NCBI RefSeq assembly: GCF_036397675.1
Contig: NZ_DASWIL010000038.1
Location: 21,849-85,848, forward strand
DNA: 64,000 nt
Direction: 5' to 3'
Source of the DNA: Nitrososphaera sp.
Lineage (GTDB): Archaea > Thermoproteota > Nitrososphaeria > Nitrososphaerales > Nitrososphaeraceae
Every line of letters starts with the position of its first letter. The first letter of the stretch is position 1. The notes beneath the pieces were generated by a model that saw only the letters and a program-made list of their open reading frames with translations, had not been told where the DNA came from and made no database searches. Made by a program: the position numbers and the translations under genes. Shown here piece by piece: positions 55,091 to 63,481 of this stretch.

Positions 55091-55113
55091 GCCCTAGCAT
55101 CCACGTGAATGAT

Positions 55114-55620
55114 CTAGCAATTCTCGCAGTATTTTTTGATGAATTCCTTGTGGCCCAGATTGAGATATTCAAAATATGTATCGTCGATCATTTCCATAGA
55201 TTTCTGAAGATGCAATATCTCTTGTTTGCATTCAGATGTCCAACCGTGACATACCTCGGCAAAGGCTCCGGTACCAGAGTTTCCAGATTTGAGATATTCG
55301 GCTGCCAAGCCTCTTGCTATTCTTGACCTACTGGGACCTTTTTTGCGCATCTCTTCCGATACGTCGGACACTCCCGCCACATTCTCGCGAGAGAGGACCA
55401 TGGAAGAAACATTTGAGTGGGTAGCAACCATAGACCGAACACCGACCAGGAATTGTTCAAGAGCCTCAATAGACATGGATCCGAGCGCTCCGACGTTGAT
55501 TCCAAGCCTCTGCAGTTCTTGCAGGAGTTCATACCCTGACCTGGGAGCGTTGTTCGGGGTCTCTACGTTCGATTCAACGGTCTCCTCTTCAATCAAGATA
55601 TCCTTTTGCTCGGTCTTCAT
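55114..55620 (-). CDS. hypothetical protein (168 aa)
   Basis: ORF track. No motif recognised. The C-terminus has a C-x-x-C (YCENC). Confidence 0.5.
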   Translation of the reverse strand: MKTEQKDILIEEETVESNVETPNNAPRSGYELLQELQRLGINVGALGSMSIEALEQFLVGVRSMVATHSNVSSMVLSRENVAGVSDVSEEMRKKGPSRSRIARGLAAEYLKSGNSGTGAFAEVCHGWTSECKQEILHLQKSMEMIDDTYFEYLNLGHKEFIKKYCENC

Positions 55621-55855
55621 TAGGCTCTATAGGTAGTGGTATCATTTAAATCTATCTTTAAAGTAACATATGAAGTATCTAATAAAGGATACTAGCCCGA
55701 AAAGACTCCATTCGCGAAATAAAGTAAGACCCCTCAAAATTTTGGCTCCTCCCAGGGGGCCTATACTCCCAGATCCTGCCAAAAGGGTGCCGGTTAAGGT
55801 TAAGATGGGAGTTAACTGTGCCCAAAAGAGCCCCATCGCACGTAAGGACTGGACC

Positions 55856-56143
55856 CTACACAATATTTTTCAAAATTCTAGAATTACTGGGTACAGACTG
55901 ATTCCTACCCCAGTCAGATAGGAGCGGAGAGCATCGCATCTTTTGATAGGCCATGAACCTGAAGGCCATATCAAACGCCCAATCGATGTCCTTTTTGCCC
56001 CTTTCAACAAATAGCCTGGCTTTGTCTTCTAGAGAGCCTTGCATTCCAATACCGGTCAGGAAAAGGTCCAGTTTGCTTCTGTACTGTCGTCTAGTCTCTG
56101 GACTCGCAATAGAGCCAAGAAATAGCCCGAGTGGGTCCCTCAT
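55856..56143 (-). pseudogene. tyrosine-integrase N-terminal (core-binding/SAM-like) stub, 95 aa
   Basis: SIASPETRRQYRSKLDLFLTGIG parallels YAASSRASYQSALNRFEEFCAFF of the intact integrase at 13428. No catalytic domain follows. It starts 68 nt from the tRNA-Lys 3' end. Confidence 0.45.
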
Positions 56144-56210
56144 TGAGACTGCCTGTTCCCGCTTCCCAATACCTCACGGTTGTAGTCCAAAATAAAGCTG
56201 GTTAAAGTAG

Positions 56211-56302
56211 CGGGTTCGGTGGGATTCGGACCCACGACATTTTAACCCAGTTGAACTGATTGGTTAAGAGCCAAACGCTCTGCCTGGCTGAGCTACGAAC
56301 CC
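56211..56302 (-). tRNA. tRNA-Lys (anticodon CUU) with an 18-nt intervening sequence in the 3' side of the anticodon stem
   Basis: Hand-folded as GGGTTCG TA GCTC AGCCAGGCA GAGC G TTTGG CTCTTAA CCAA[TCAGTTCAACTGGGTTAA]A ATGTC GTGGG TCCGAAT CCCAC CGAACCC G. Removing the 18 nt gives a perfect TTTGG/CCAAA stem and a 5-nt variable loop. Confidence 0.8.
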
Positions 56303-56327
56303 GCAAAACTTCTCGTGTGAAATGCGT

Positions 56328-56335
56328 TATTTAAA
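56328..56335 (-). promoter_or_regulatory. TATA box (TTTAAATA on the minus strand) 25 nt upstream of the tRNA-Lys 5' end
   Basis: Read directly. The spacing is canonical for archaeal promoters. Confidence 0.55.
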
Positions 56336-56359
56336 CGTAAAAGAGGGAATGGAAAAGAG

Positions 56360-56953
56360 TCAGGCCGTCTTGGCCAGAGCTTCTTGCCTGTCCTTGATTA
56401 TCTTGACGATTGCCTCCGAAGTCGAGCAGTTCATTACCTGCTTCTCCTTCAGGATGTGTCTGTAGGCGTCAAGGGTGATGTAGACAGGGATGGAGCCGGT
56501 GCCCTCAAGCAACGCTTTTACGCGGAGCAGGCCGTTTTCCATTCCCCGCTCGGCGATCTTGGAGAGCTTGACCTTGTCGAGGAATCCGCCAAGCGGACCC
56601 ATCGGCATGTCATAGTCGACGTCGAGCGACACCTTGGACTTTTTCTCGCCCAGTTCCTCAAAGTTGACCGTTATCGCCCAGCGCTTGAACGGGCCCTCTA
56701 TCATCTTGGCCACTATCTTGCGCATGGGCACGTACTCGGTGGTCTCGCAGTCCCACTCGAGCCTCTTGCCGTCGAAATCACCGCTAATCCTGAATATTGT
56801 GCCGACGCCAAAGGCTTCCTTTACTTTAACCGGCACGATGTTCAATCCCATGTTCTCCGGGAACTGGTCGGCCATGTGCTCCGGCCTTGCAAAATAAGTG
56901 AATGCCTCGGTGACAGGAGCATTGATTTCCACACTCTTTCTGATAACGGTCAT
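56360..56953 (-). CDS. SRPBCC (START/polyketide-cyclase-like) domain protein
   Basis: Has the N-terminal I.KSVEINAPVTEAFTYFARPEH pattern typical of SRPBCC, plus a C-terminal extension of about 50 aa. Confidence 0.7.
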   Translation of the reverse strand: MTVIRKSVEINAPVTEAFTYFARPEHMADQFPENMGLNIVPVKVKEAFGVGTIFRISGDFDGKRLEWDCETTEYVPMRKIVAKMIEGPFKRWAITVNFEELGEKKSKVSLDVDYDMPMGPLGGFLDKVKLSKIAERGMENGLLRVKALLEGTGSIPVYITLDAYRHILKEKQVMNCSTSEAIVKIIKDRQEALAKTA

Positions 56954-57066
56954 CGTGAAAATGACGCTGGCATTCTGAATTTAAAGGTTTTGGGCTCTAA
57001 GATTTCAGTCTTGCATTGCATTACTGGAAACGCGCCTGCTGTGAAATATTTGCAGCCCGCGGCTTT

Positions 57067-58017
57067 TTAGGCCAGCGGGTTTGCGTTCACTATCTCGTCG
57101 AGGCACTTTATGACGTCCTGCTTTGTGACAGGTATCGGGTTGTTGTCAAGGTGCCCCTTGTCCGGCATGATGACGTCAGCGGCAGCGTCCAATGGTTGTT
57201 TCAGCTTCAGTGGCTCGAACTTTAGCTTTTGCGCTATTTCCTTGAAGCGCTTGTAGTAGATTGAGTTGTTGAACTTGTGCGCGACGGTCGTGCACGAGGA
57301 GAGCGCGTAGCCGTGAGGCACACCTTCGTTTGAAAAGACGTACGACAGCGCGTGTCCCAGTGTTGTCGACGAGTTGCCAAAGCCGATGCCTGAAAGCATT
57401 GCGCCGTACGGGAGCAGGCTGGGCTTGTCGTTTATTATAGCATCATAGAGGATGTCAAACGCCTCCTTGCAGAAGAGCTGGGTGAACGGGTTGCCGGCCC
57501 TGCTGTCATAGCCCTCCGACGCCTGCGCCGCGGCGTCGCAGGCAGAGTTACGCATGATGTTAAACGGCGTGCCGGGTAGAAAATACGGATCAACAATAGC
57601 CGCGTCGGCAAGGAACGCTTCATCCTGCAGGAGCTTTTTCTTGTGGTCAAAGCTGATGACCGCATACGTTGTCATTTCCGCGCCCGTGCCAAACGTGGTG
57701 GGGATGAGTATCTTGGGGATGCTGGTCAGCTTGCTTAGATATTTGCAAACGTCCATCGAGCTCCCGCCGCCAAGGCCGATGTAGGCGCCGATCTCCTTGC
57801 CCTCGTACTGCTTCTTTATCGCCTCGATTGATTCGATGGCAGGGTCAGGCGTGACCTTGTCGTAGACTTCATAGTTCTTTATCCCCATGTAGTCGAGCCA
57901 CTTGTCGTAGATGTCGGGGGTCGTGGTCGTTATCACGAGAGAATTTTTCGGATACTGGAACTCTTTGGCGGCATTCTCGCCGAAGGCTATTTTCCTAGGC
58001 ATCAATACTTTCCACAT
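57067..58017 (-). CDS. iron-containing alcohol dehydrogenase family protein (short form, 316 aa)
   Basis: Has GLGGGSSMDVCKY (the GGGS nucleotide motif) and His-rich metal-site segments (LGHALSY, VPHGYAL). Confidence 0.8.
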   Translation of the reverse strand: MWKVLMPRKIAFGENAAKEFQYPKNSLVITTTTPDIYDKWLDYMGIKNYEVYDKVTPDPAIESIEAIKKQYEGKEIGAYIGLGGGSSMDVCKYLSKLTSIPKILIPTTFGTGAEMTTYAVISFDHKKKLLQDEAFLADAAIVDPYFLPGTPFNIMRNSACDAAAQASEGYDSRAGNPFTQLFCKEAFDILYDAIINDKPSLLPYGAMLSGIGFGNSSTTLGHALSYVFSNEGVPHGYALSSCTTVAHKFNNSIYYKRFKEIAQKLKFEPLKLKQPLDAAADVIMPDKGHLDNNPIPVTKQDVIKCLDEIVNANPLA

Positions 58018-58051
58018 GGAAAAGCCATGTCCCTGCAGGGGGTTTTATGTC

Positions 58052-59074
58052 TTACTGGGTTACCTGCGCCTGCAGCTTCTTTTTCTCGTACCGCATCAGG
58101 TAGATTATGCCGCCTACCAGGAACACTTCGACCGATTTTGCAAGTATCCCTGCGATAGACACTGCCTCAGGCTGGTTGGTAGGCGAGAGCGGCGGCGGGA
58201 GTATGACAGAATACGTGTAGAGCCCGACCAGTATCGCGGTCCCGGCCATGCCGAAAAGGTTGAGCGCAACCGTCTTGCGGTAGTACTGCGATTTCTCTAG
58301 GCCTGTTTCCGACTTTAGGGTCAGCATGATGTAGAGCATGCCGTAGCTCACCTGCATGCCACCTGCCGTAATCAGGAATATCGGATACTCTAGTCTGAGC
58401 GAGGCGTGCTCTGAAAACACGGCAAAGTGCACTATGCCGCCGCCGACCGCGGAGAGCATCACCGCGTATTTTATTATCTCGCTTGTGTCGCGCAGCTGGC
58501 CTATGTTCCTCTTTTTCCGGTAGCTGAGCCACAATACCGAGCCGAGGCCGCCAAGCGGCACAAAGATGGCGCCAAGCACCGTGTATGTGAATATGTCGCC
58601 AAAACTCACCGAGATGTTGAGGTTAGAGACCACGCGCTCGCAGTTGCAGCCAAGTGTGCTCAAGAGCGTGCCCCTCGGGGAGTCGATTGAGTTGGAGTTG
58701 ACGGGGCCGTTTGCCACGCTGAATATGAGGTGGTAGTTGCCGGCCTGCGGGAACGTGTAGTAGAGCGTAAAATCGCCGACGTCGTGCTTTGTCCAGGGGA
58801 ACGCCTTTACGCGCTCACCCGTGCTTGAATAGATCTCGGCCATAGTCTCGACATCACGAACGTCGTTTCCGTCGTAGTCTTGGATGCTGAAGATTATGGC
58901 GGTCAGCTGGCCCGGCCCGGCGTATTCCGGCTCTAGCGCTTGGTGGATGATGTAGTCTTCTACACCCCTCTGCATCCCGTTGTAGTGCGGAAGGTGGTCA
59001 AGATGGGCAAACACTTGCGGCGCTGAAAACGCAAGAAGAGCCGCAACAGCCAGCAGGAACGGCCACGGAGCCAC
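58052..59074 (-). CDS. membrane protein: signal peptide, Ig-like ectodomain starting H-L-D-H, five C-terminal TM helices
   Basis: The predicted cleavage ..APQVFA/HLDHLPH leaves a His at the mature N-terminus. It sits immediately downstream of the ctaA / blue-copper / cox genes on the same strand. Confidence 0.6.
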   Translation of the reverse strand: MAPWPFLLAVAALLAFSAPQVFAHLDHLPHYNGMQRGVEDYIIHQALEPEYAGPGQLTAIIFSIQDYDGNDVRDVETMAEIYSSTGERVKAFPWTKHDVGDFTLYYTFPQAGNYHLIFSVANGPVNSNSIDSPRGTLLSTLGCNCERVVSNLNISVSFGDIFTYTVLGAIFVPLGGLGSVLWLSYRKKRNIGQLRDTSEIIKYAVMLSAVGGGIVHFAVFSEHASLRLEYPIFLITAGGMQVSYGMLYIMLTLKSETGLEKSQYYRKTVALNLFGMAGTAILVGLYTYSVILPPPLSPTNQPEAVSIAGILAKSVEVFLVGGIIYLMRYEKKKLQAQVTQ

Positions 59075-59105
59075 GTGGGTAAAGCCATCGATTGAAAGTA
59101 TAAAC

Positions 59106-59555
59106 CTAATCCCTTACGGCGGGGACGGCCATTTTCGCGGGCATCCTGTGCGAGTAAACCACCGTCATGAGCACCATCGAAAACAGCACTAGGCCCAGTC
59201 CTAGGTGCGCGGTGACCAGTAATGAGTGCAGACGCTCAACTATGACGACTGCGCCAAGTGCTATCTGGCCTATTACCGCGCCGGTGGCTATCAGCGATGC
59301 TATCTTCATTCCTCTGGGCGCGTCCTTTGACTTTAGGACAAACGCCGCAGTTGCCATTACAAGGAGGCCTGTGGTTGCGGCCACCGACCTGTGTATGTAT
59401 TCTATGATGAAATCTTCGTGTGGCAAGAACCCCTGTGGGCACAGCGGCCAATCGGGGCACGTGAGCCCGACTCCCGACGCGCTGACGTAACCACCAATAA
59501 AAATCAAAGAAAAGAGGACGGCGAGAGTTGTAAATGAGAGCGATCTCAGGATCAT
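59106..59555 (-). CDS. ctaA: heme A synthase, short four-helix type (CtaA/Cox15 family)
   Basis: Has GVGLTCPDWPLCPQG and conserved His in the TM helices (YIHRS, TAHLGLG). Start is ATG 59555, overlapping the upstream stop (ATGA). Confidence 0.75.
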   Translation of the reverse strand: MILRSLSFTTLAVLFSLIFIGGYVSASGVGLTCPDWPLCPQGFLPHEDFIIEYIHRSVAATTGLLVMATAAFVLKSKDAPRGMKIASLIATGAVIGQIALGAVVIVERLHSLLVTAHLGLGLVLFSMVLMTVVYSHRMPAKMAVPAVRD

Positions 59556-60379
59556 TCTGTCACTTGCAGCTTGCCAGTCATGTACGAATGGATGATGCAA
59601 TAGTAGTCGTATTCTCTTGCGCCGAGTCCCGCTGTATTTATCGTGGCTGTATCCCCTCCGTTGAGTATGCTGGAATCAAACAGTGCCCCCGTGTCAGGGT
59701 CAGAAGGTCCCGTGCCAGATGTTACCGTGTGTGGGATGTTGTCTGCATTAAAGACCGTTATCACGTCGCCAGCAGTTACGGTCATCGGGTCGGGGTTATA
59801 GTCTGGGTTGCCCTGAACTGAAGAGCCTAAAAGTATAGTCAGCGTCGGTCCTGAACCTCCACCTTCTTCTGCCTCTACTATCGTCAGCTGCGAGATCATA
59901 TAGGGGTGAATGAAGCAGTAATATGGGATTGTATCGCCCACTTCGCCGTCAATCTCTATCTCGTCTGACGACTCGCCGTCGTTTACGATGCCCGTGTCAA
60001 AGAGCACGCCCGAGTCTTGGTCGTCTGTGCCTGTGCCCGAAGTCGCGGTGTGCGGGACGTTGTCATGGTTGATCCACACGACCTTGTTGCCCATGGGCAC
60101 GGTCGCGTCATCGTCGGGATCGTAATCCGGGTTGCCCTGCCCAGCCGCGCCGGCAAGTATCGCTATCGTCGTGACGCCTGCAGCTGGAGGCGGTGGAGGA
60201 GGCGGGGGGCCAGTCTGGAGCCTTGTCACGGGCGGCGCGTTTGAGAAAAAGTTCTCAAACTGCGTCACGACTACCGCCGCGCCTATCGCAAGCGTAACTG
60301 CCACTATTATAATGCCCCTCGCCATCCTTCCCGGCGAGGTCAACACCACTGGCTCCTCTCCGTGTTCATGCTCTGTCAT
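59552..60379 (-). CDS. membrane-anchored two-domain blue copper protein (plastocyanin/cupredoxin type)
   Basis: Has an N-terminal TM helix, a poly-Pro linker (PPPPPPPP), and two type-1 Cu sites: VPHTATSG...YYCFIHPYM and IPHTVTSG...YYCIIHSYM (H, C, H, M ligands). Confidence 0.85.
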   Translation of the reverse strand: MTEHEHGEEPVVLTSPGRMARGIIIVAVTLAIGAAVVVTQFENFFSNAPPVTRLQTGPPPPPPPPAAGVTTIAILAGAAGQGNPDYDPDDDATVPMGNKVVWINHDNVPHTATSGTGTDDQDSGVLFDTGIVNDGESSDEIEIDGEVGDTIPYYCFIHPYMISQLTIVEAEEGGGSGPTLTILLGSSVQGNPDYNPDPMTVTAGDVITVFNADNIPHTVTSGTGPSDPDTGALFDSSILNGGDTATINTAGLGAREYDYYCIIHSYMTGKLQVTE

Positions 60380-60391
60380 TTTCAGGGCCCC

Positions 60392-61915
60392 CTAGTGGTG
60401 CGGCTCCTTCCGCGTGTAGTCGAAGTACTGTTCGCCCAGTTTAAACGGGTCGCGCATGTCTGCAGGCTTGCCCTTTCCGGCGCTGTAGATCATGTTGGCC
60501 ATGAACAGCGCGGCTCCGGAGCCTGAGATCATCGCCCCAACTGTCGCTATCTGGTTCATGATTATCAGCGGCTCCACCGGCACGTAGTCGAAGACCCTCC
60601 TTGGCTGACCGTAGAGTCCCAGCACATGCTGCGTGAGGAACACCATGGACACGCCCACGAACAGCAGCCAGAATGTGATCATGCCAACCCTCTCGTTGTA
60701 CATCCTGCCGGTTATCAGCGGGAACAGGTAGTGTATCATGCCGAGGAATGCGAACGTGATGAGGCCCATGACGAACAGGTGGAAGTGTCCCACGACCCAG
60801 TAGCTGTCGTGCGTGAGAAAGTCGAGCGGCATCATGGAGTTAACCACTCCTCCAGCTCCCGCGTAGAAGAACAACACCAGGCCGCCCACCACGAACGACA
60901 TCGGAGTCGAGAACTTGATCCTGCCTCCCCACATCGTGGCTATCCAGTTAAAGACGTGCAGGGCAGACGCAGGCACTGCTGCGAGCGTACCTACCATGAA
61001 CGTGGTCTTCATCGTAAAGTCCATGCCTGTCGCGTACATGTGGTGCGCCCATGATGCAAACGCGACTATGGCCAGGAGTACGAACGCCGTAACCCCTGAT
61101 TGGTAGCTGAACAGCGGCTTTCTTGCAAACCTAGGTATCAACTCGTACGCCATGCCGATGGCAGGTATCGCAAATATGTACACCTCAGGGTGGAACGTGA
61201 ACCAGAACAGGTGCTGGTACGCTATGGGATCGCCTCCCATGTTGGGGTTAAAGAACCCGCTGACGCCAAGCCTGTCCGTAAACAGCATGATGAGCGCGGC
61301 TGTGAATGTCGGCAGCGCGACGAGTATCATGATTGACGTGACAAGCGTGCCCCAGACAAACAGCGAGGTCTTCATGAGCGGCAGGTCAGGGTGCTTCATC
61401 TTTAGTATTGTCACGATAAAGTTGATGGCCCCAAGTATGGACGAAAGTCCGAGTATCTTGAGTCCGAATATCCACATCTCGGCCGCCGGCCCGGGCGCCC
61501 TCAGGATGGAGTACGGGGGGGTCGCGTACCAGGTAAAGTCGGCCATGCCAAGCCAGACCAAGGCCATGCCTACTGGTATCATCCAGAACGCGACTGCATT
61601 CAGCTTCGGCCAGGCCATGTCCTTGTACTTGACCATTATGGGGATCAGGTAGTTGCCCACGCCGGCCGCAAAGGGGAGCAGCCACAAGAATAGCATGTTG
61701 GTCCCGTGGGTGGTGAAGATCCTGTGGAAGGTGTTCGGGTCGGTGATTATCTGCGCGCCGGGCAGGAAAAGCTCTGTGCGTATGACAAGCGCAAGCGCGC
61801 CTCCTATCATGAAGGCTACGAGGCTGAGTATGATGTAGAGAAGCCCGATGTCTGTGTGGTGGGTCGAAAAGAGTATCTCCCACATTGGACGAGGTTTCTT
61901 AACTTCTAGAACCAA
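60392..61915 (-). CDS. coxA: heme-copper oxidase subunit I
   Basis: About 12 TM helices. Has the canonical blocks HPEVYI, WAHHMY and GHFHLF. Confidence 0.95.
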   Translation of the reverse strand: MVLEVKKPRPMWEILFSTHHTDIGLLYIILSLVAFMIGGALALVIRTELFLPGAQIITDPNTFHRIFTTHGTNMLFLWLLPFAAGVGNYLIPIMVKYKDMAWPKLNAVAFWMIPVGMALVWLGMADFTWYATPPYSILRAPGPAAEMWIFGLKILGLSSILGAINFIVTILKMKHPDLPLMKTSLFVWGTLVTSIMILVALPTFTAALIMLFTDRLGVSGFFNPNMGGDPIAYQHLFWFTFHPEVYIFAIPAIGMAYELIPRFARKPLFSYQSGVTAFVLLAIVAFASWAHHMYATGMDFTMKTTFMVGTLAAVPASALHVFNWIATMWGGRIKFSTPMSFVVGGLVLFFYAGAGGVVNSMMPLDFLTHDSYWVVGHFHLFVMGLITFAFLGMIHYLFPLITGRMYNERVGMITFWLLFVGVSMVFLTQHVLGLYGQPRRVFDYVPVEPLIIMNQIATVGAMISGSGAALFMANMIYSAGKGKPADMRDPFKLGEQYFDYTRKEPHH

Positions 61916-61977
61916 TCAAAATCCCTCGCTTGCTGCTTTATGCCGCTCGTTGCAAATAAAAGGATTTTGGCAATCAT

Positions 61978-62478
61978 CTAGTTGCTCACGACCGCTGCTT
62001 TTGTCTCTGGCAGAACGACCGGTATATCCTTTGCGTCTATGTTAGCGCTAACGTTTGATACTCCCTCTTCAACGATCAGCTTGGCACGCATCTGGTAATG
62101 GCTAAAGCCGCAATATTCCCTACACTGGATAAGGTACTCGCCGGTTGCATCAGGCATGACCCAGACGGTGTTTATCCTGCCGGGTATGGCGTCTATGAGA
62201 ACTGTCAGGTCAGGTATGTTGAAGGCGTGATTCACGTCCCTTGCGGTGACCTCGAACTTGTACGGGACGCCCTTTTGGAGGTGGAGCTCGCCTACCTCCC
62301 GAGTCCCATCCTCGTGCTCAAAGGTCCAGAACCATTGCTGGGCGATGACCCTCACCACCTTTGAGTCCTTTGGAGGGTGGTCTAGGAGACGCTCGACGTC
62401 CCAAGCCGCGGCGCCAAGATACACCAAGAGCATGATGACGACGCCGACGTAGACCCACTCTATCATCCCGTGGCCCAT
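61978..62478 (-). CDS. coxB: heme-copper oxidase subunit II (CuA domain, single TM)
   Basis: Has the CuA motif HAFNIP...CREYCGFSHYQM. Confidence 0.9.
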   Translation of the reverse strand: MGHGMIEWVYVGVVIMLLVYLGAAAWDVERLLDHPPKDSKVVRVIAQQWFWTFEHEDGTREVGELHLQKGVPYKFEVTARDVNHAFNIPDLTVLIDAIPGRINTVWVMPDATGEYLIQCREYCGFSHYQMRAKLIVEEGVSNVSANIDAKDIPVVLPETKAAVVSN

Positions 62479-62754
62479 CTAGCGGTGTCCCTCCTGCGGA
62501 CCCCTCGGAATGTTCTTGGGGTTTGACTCGCGGAAACGGAAAACGACATAAGCGATAACGCCCATGATGACTGCGCCTATGGTGAACGCGACTACCATGC
62601 CCTTGTAGAACAGGCCCCACACCTCAACGCGATTGATGATTATATTGTCTGACTCTTGCGCGAACACAGGCTGAATTATAGAAAAGACTACCACGGGAAC
62701 GATCAGGAGTACGGCATGCCGTAGAGAGATTCCCATACGCGTCGATTTGGACAA
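62479..62754 (-). CDS. small membrane protein directly preceding coxB (91 aa)
   Basis: ORF track. A signal-like helix plus one TM helix. Its stop abuts the coxB ATG with no gap. Confidence 0.5.
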   Translation of the reverse strand: MSKSTRMGISLRHAVLLIVPVVVFSIIQPVFAQESDNIIINRVEVWGLFYKGMVVAFTIGAVIMGVIAYVVFRFRESNPKNIPRGPQEGHR

Positions 62755-62780
62755 GATATGTTATTTAAGGTTTTGGGAGT

Positions 62781-63404
62781 TTATTCATGCGGGTAGCGGT
62801 GCATCGCCATCACATTGACGCCCGAAAGAGAATACTCTCTGCTTTCCTGTTTCAAAATAGTCATCGACGCGTTGCGGATGTGCCACCGGTAGAGCGCCTC
62901 CGGCTTTAGATCCAAAAGAGTAGAAATCGCGGCCTTTATTGGATCAAGGTGCGTGACGCACAGCACGTTCCTGTCCGCGTGCCTGTGGGCGACTTCGTCG
63001 AGCAGGCTCTTGACCCGTCTCTTCACTTCCAGAAAAGGCTCGACCCCAAAGCTCTCAAGGACCGGGTCGTGCTCGGCGTAGAACTTCAAAAATAGGTTGC
63101 CGTACTTTGTCACTACTTCTTCATAGTTCATCCCCACCAGCTTACCAAGCTCTATTTCGTACAGGCGCTCGTCAACTTCGTAGCAGGCCCCGACGGCATC
63201 GCAGACAATCTCTGCAGTTTCCAGCGCGCGCATGACAGGCGACACTACCACCTTGTCTATGGGGACGTTTTTCAGCTGCTTCGCCGCGTCGGCCACCTGC
63301 TCCCTGCCGAATTCAGTCAAGTGCGACTCCAGGTGGCGGCCTACGAGCATGCGGTTGACGTTGTTGTCGGCCTGCCCGTGGCGCATAAAGATGACTAGCC
63401 GCAC
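62781..63404 (-). CDS. histidine phosphatase family protein (phosphoglycerate-mutase-like)
   Basis: Has the N-terminal LVIFMRHGQADNN (RHG motif) and a later His (VTHLDPI). Confidence 0.85.
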   Translation of the reverse strand: MRLVIFMRHGQADNNVNRMLVGRHLESHLTEFGREQVADAAKQLKNVPIDKVVVSPVMRALETAEIVCDAVGACYEVDERLYEIELGKLVGMNYEEVVTKYGNLFLKFYAEHDPVLESFGVEPFLEVKRRVKSLLDEVAHRHADRNVLCVTHLDPIKAAISTLLDLKPEALYRWHIRNASMTILKQESREYSLSGVNVMAMHRYPHE

Positions 63405-63481
63405 AGGGATGGAGTTGCCTGGCCGCTACTTAATTATTTACAATGTGAAAGTTAATATTCAAACTTCTCGCAACCGGGTAC

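Larger units (their letters stand above)
52935..56210. mobile_element. candidate decayed integrated element next to tRNA-Lys (AT-rich, gene fragments)
   Basis: The composition shifts exactly at the oxidoreductase stop. The region contains an integrase N-terminal stub next to the tRNA 3' end, a transposase tail, a methyltransferase tail and orphan ORFs. A short boundary repeat is present: tagtgggttctggt (52921-52934) versus tagcgggttcggt (56208-56220). Confidence 0.4.

Noticed and set aside
55642-55863. A 73-aa minus-strand ORF after the integrase stub, as a frameshifted continuation. Its LLAGSGS resembles LIGSGMR of the intact integrase.
   Set aside because: The similarity is a handful of residues, and the catalytic Arg and all downstream motifs are absent. 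I mention it only as context for the stub.
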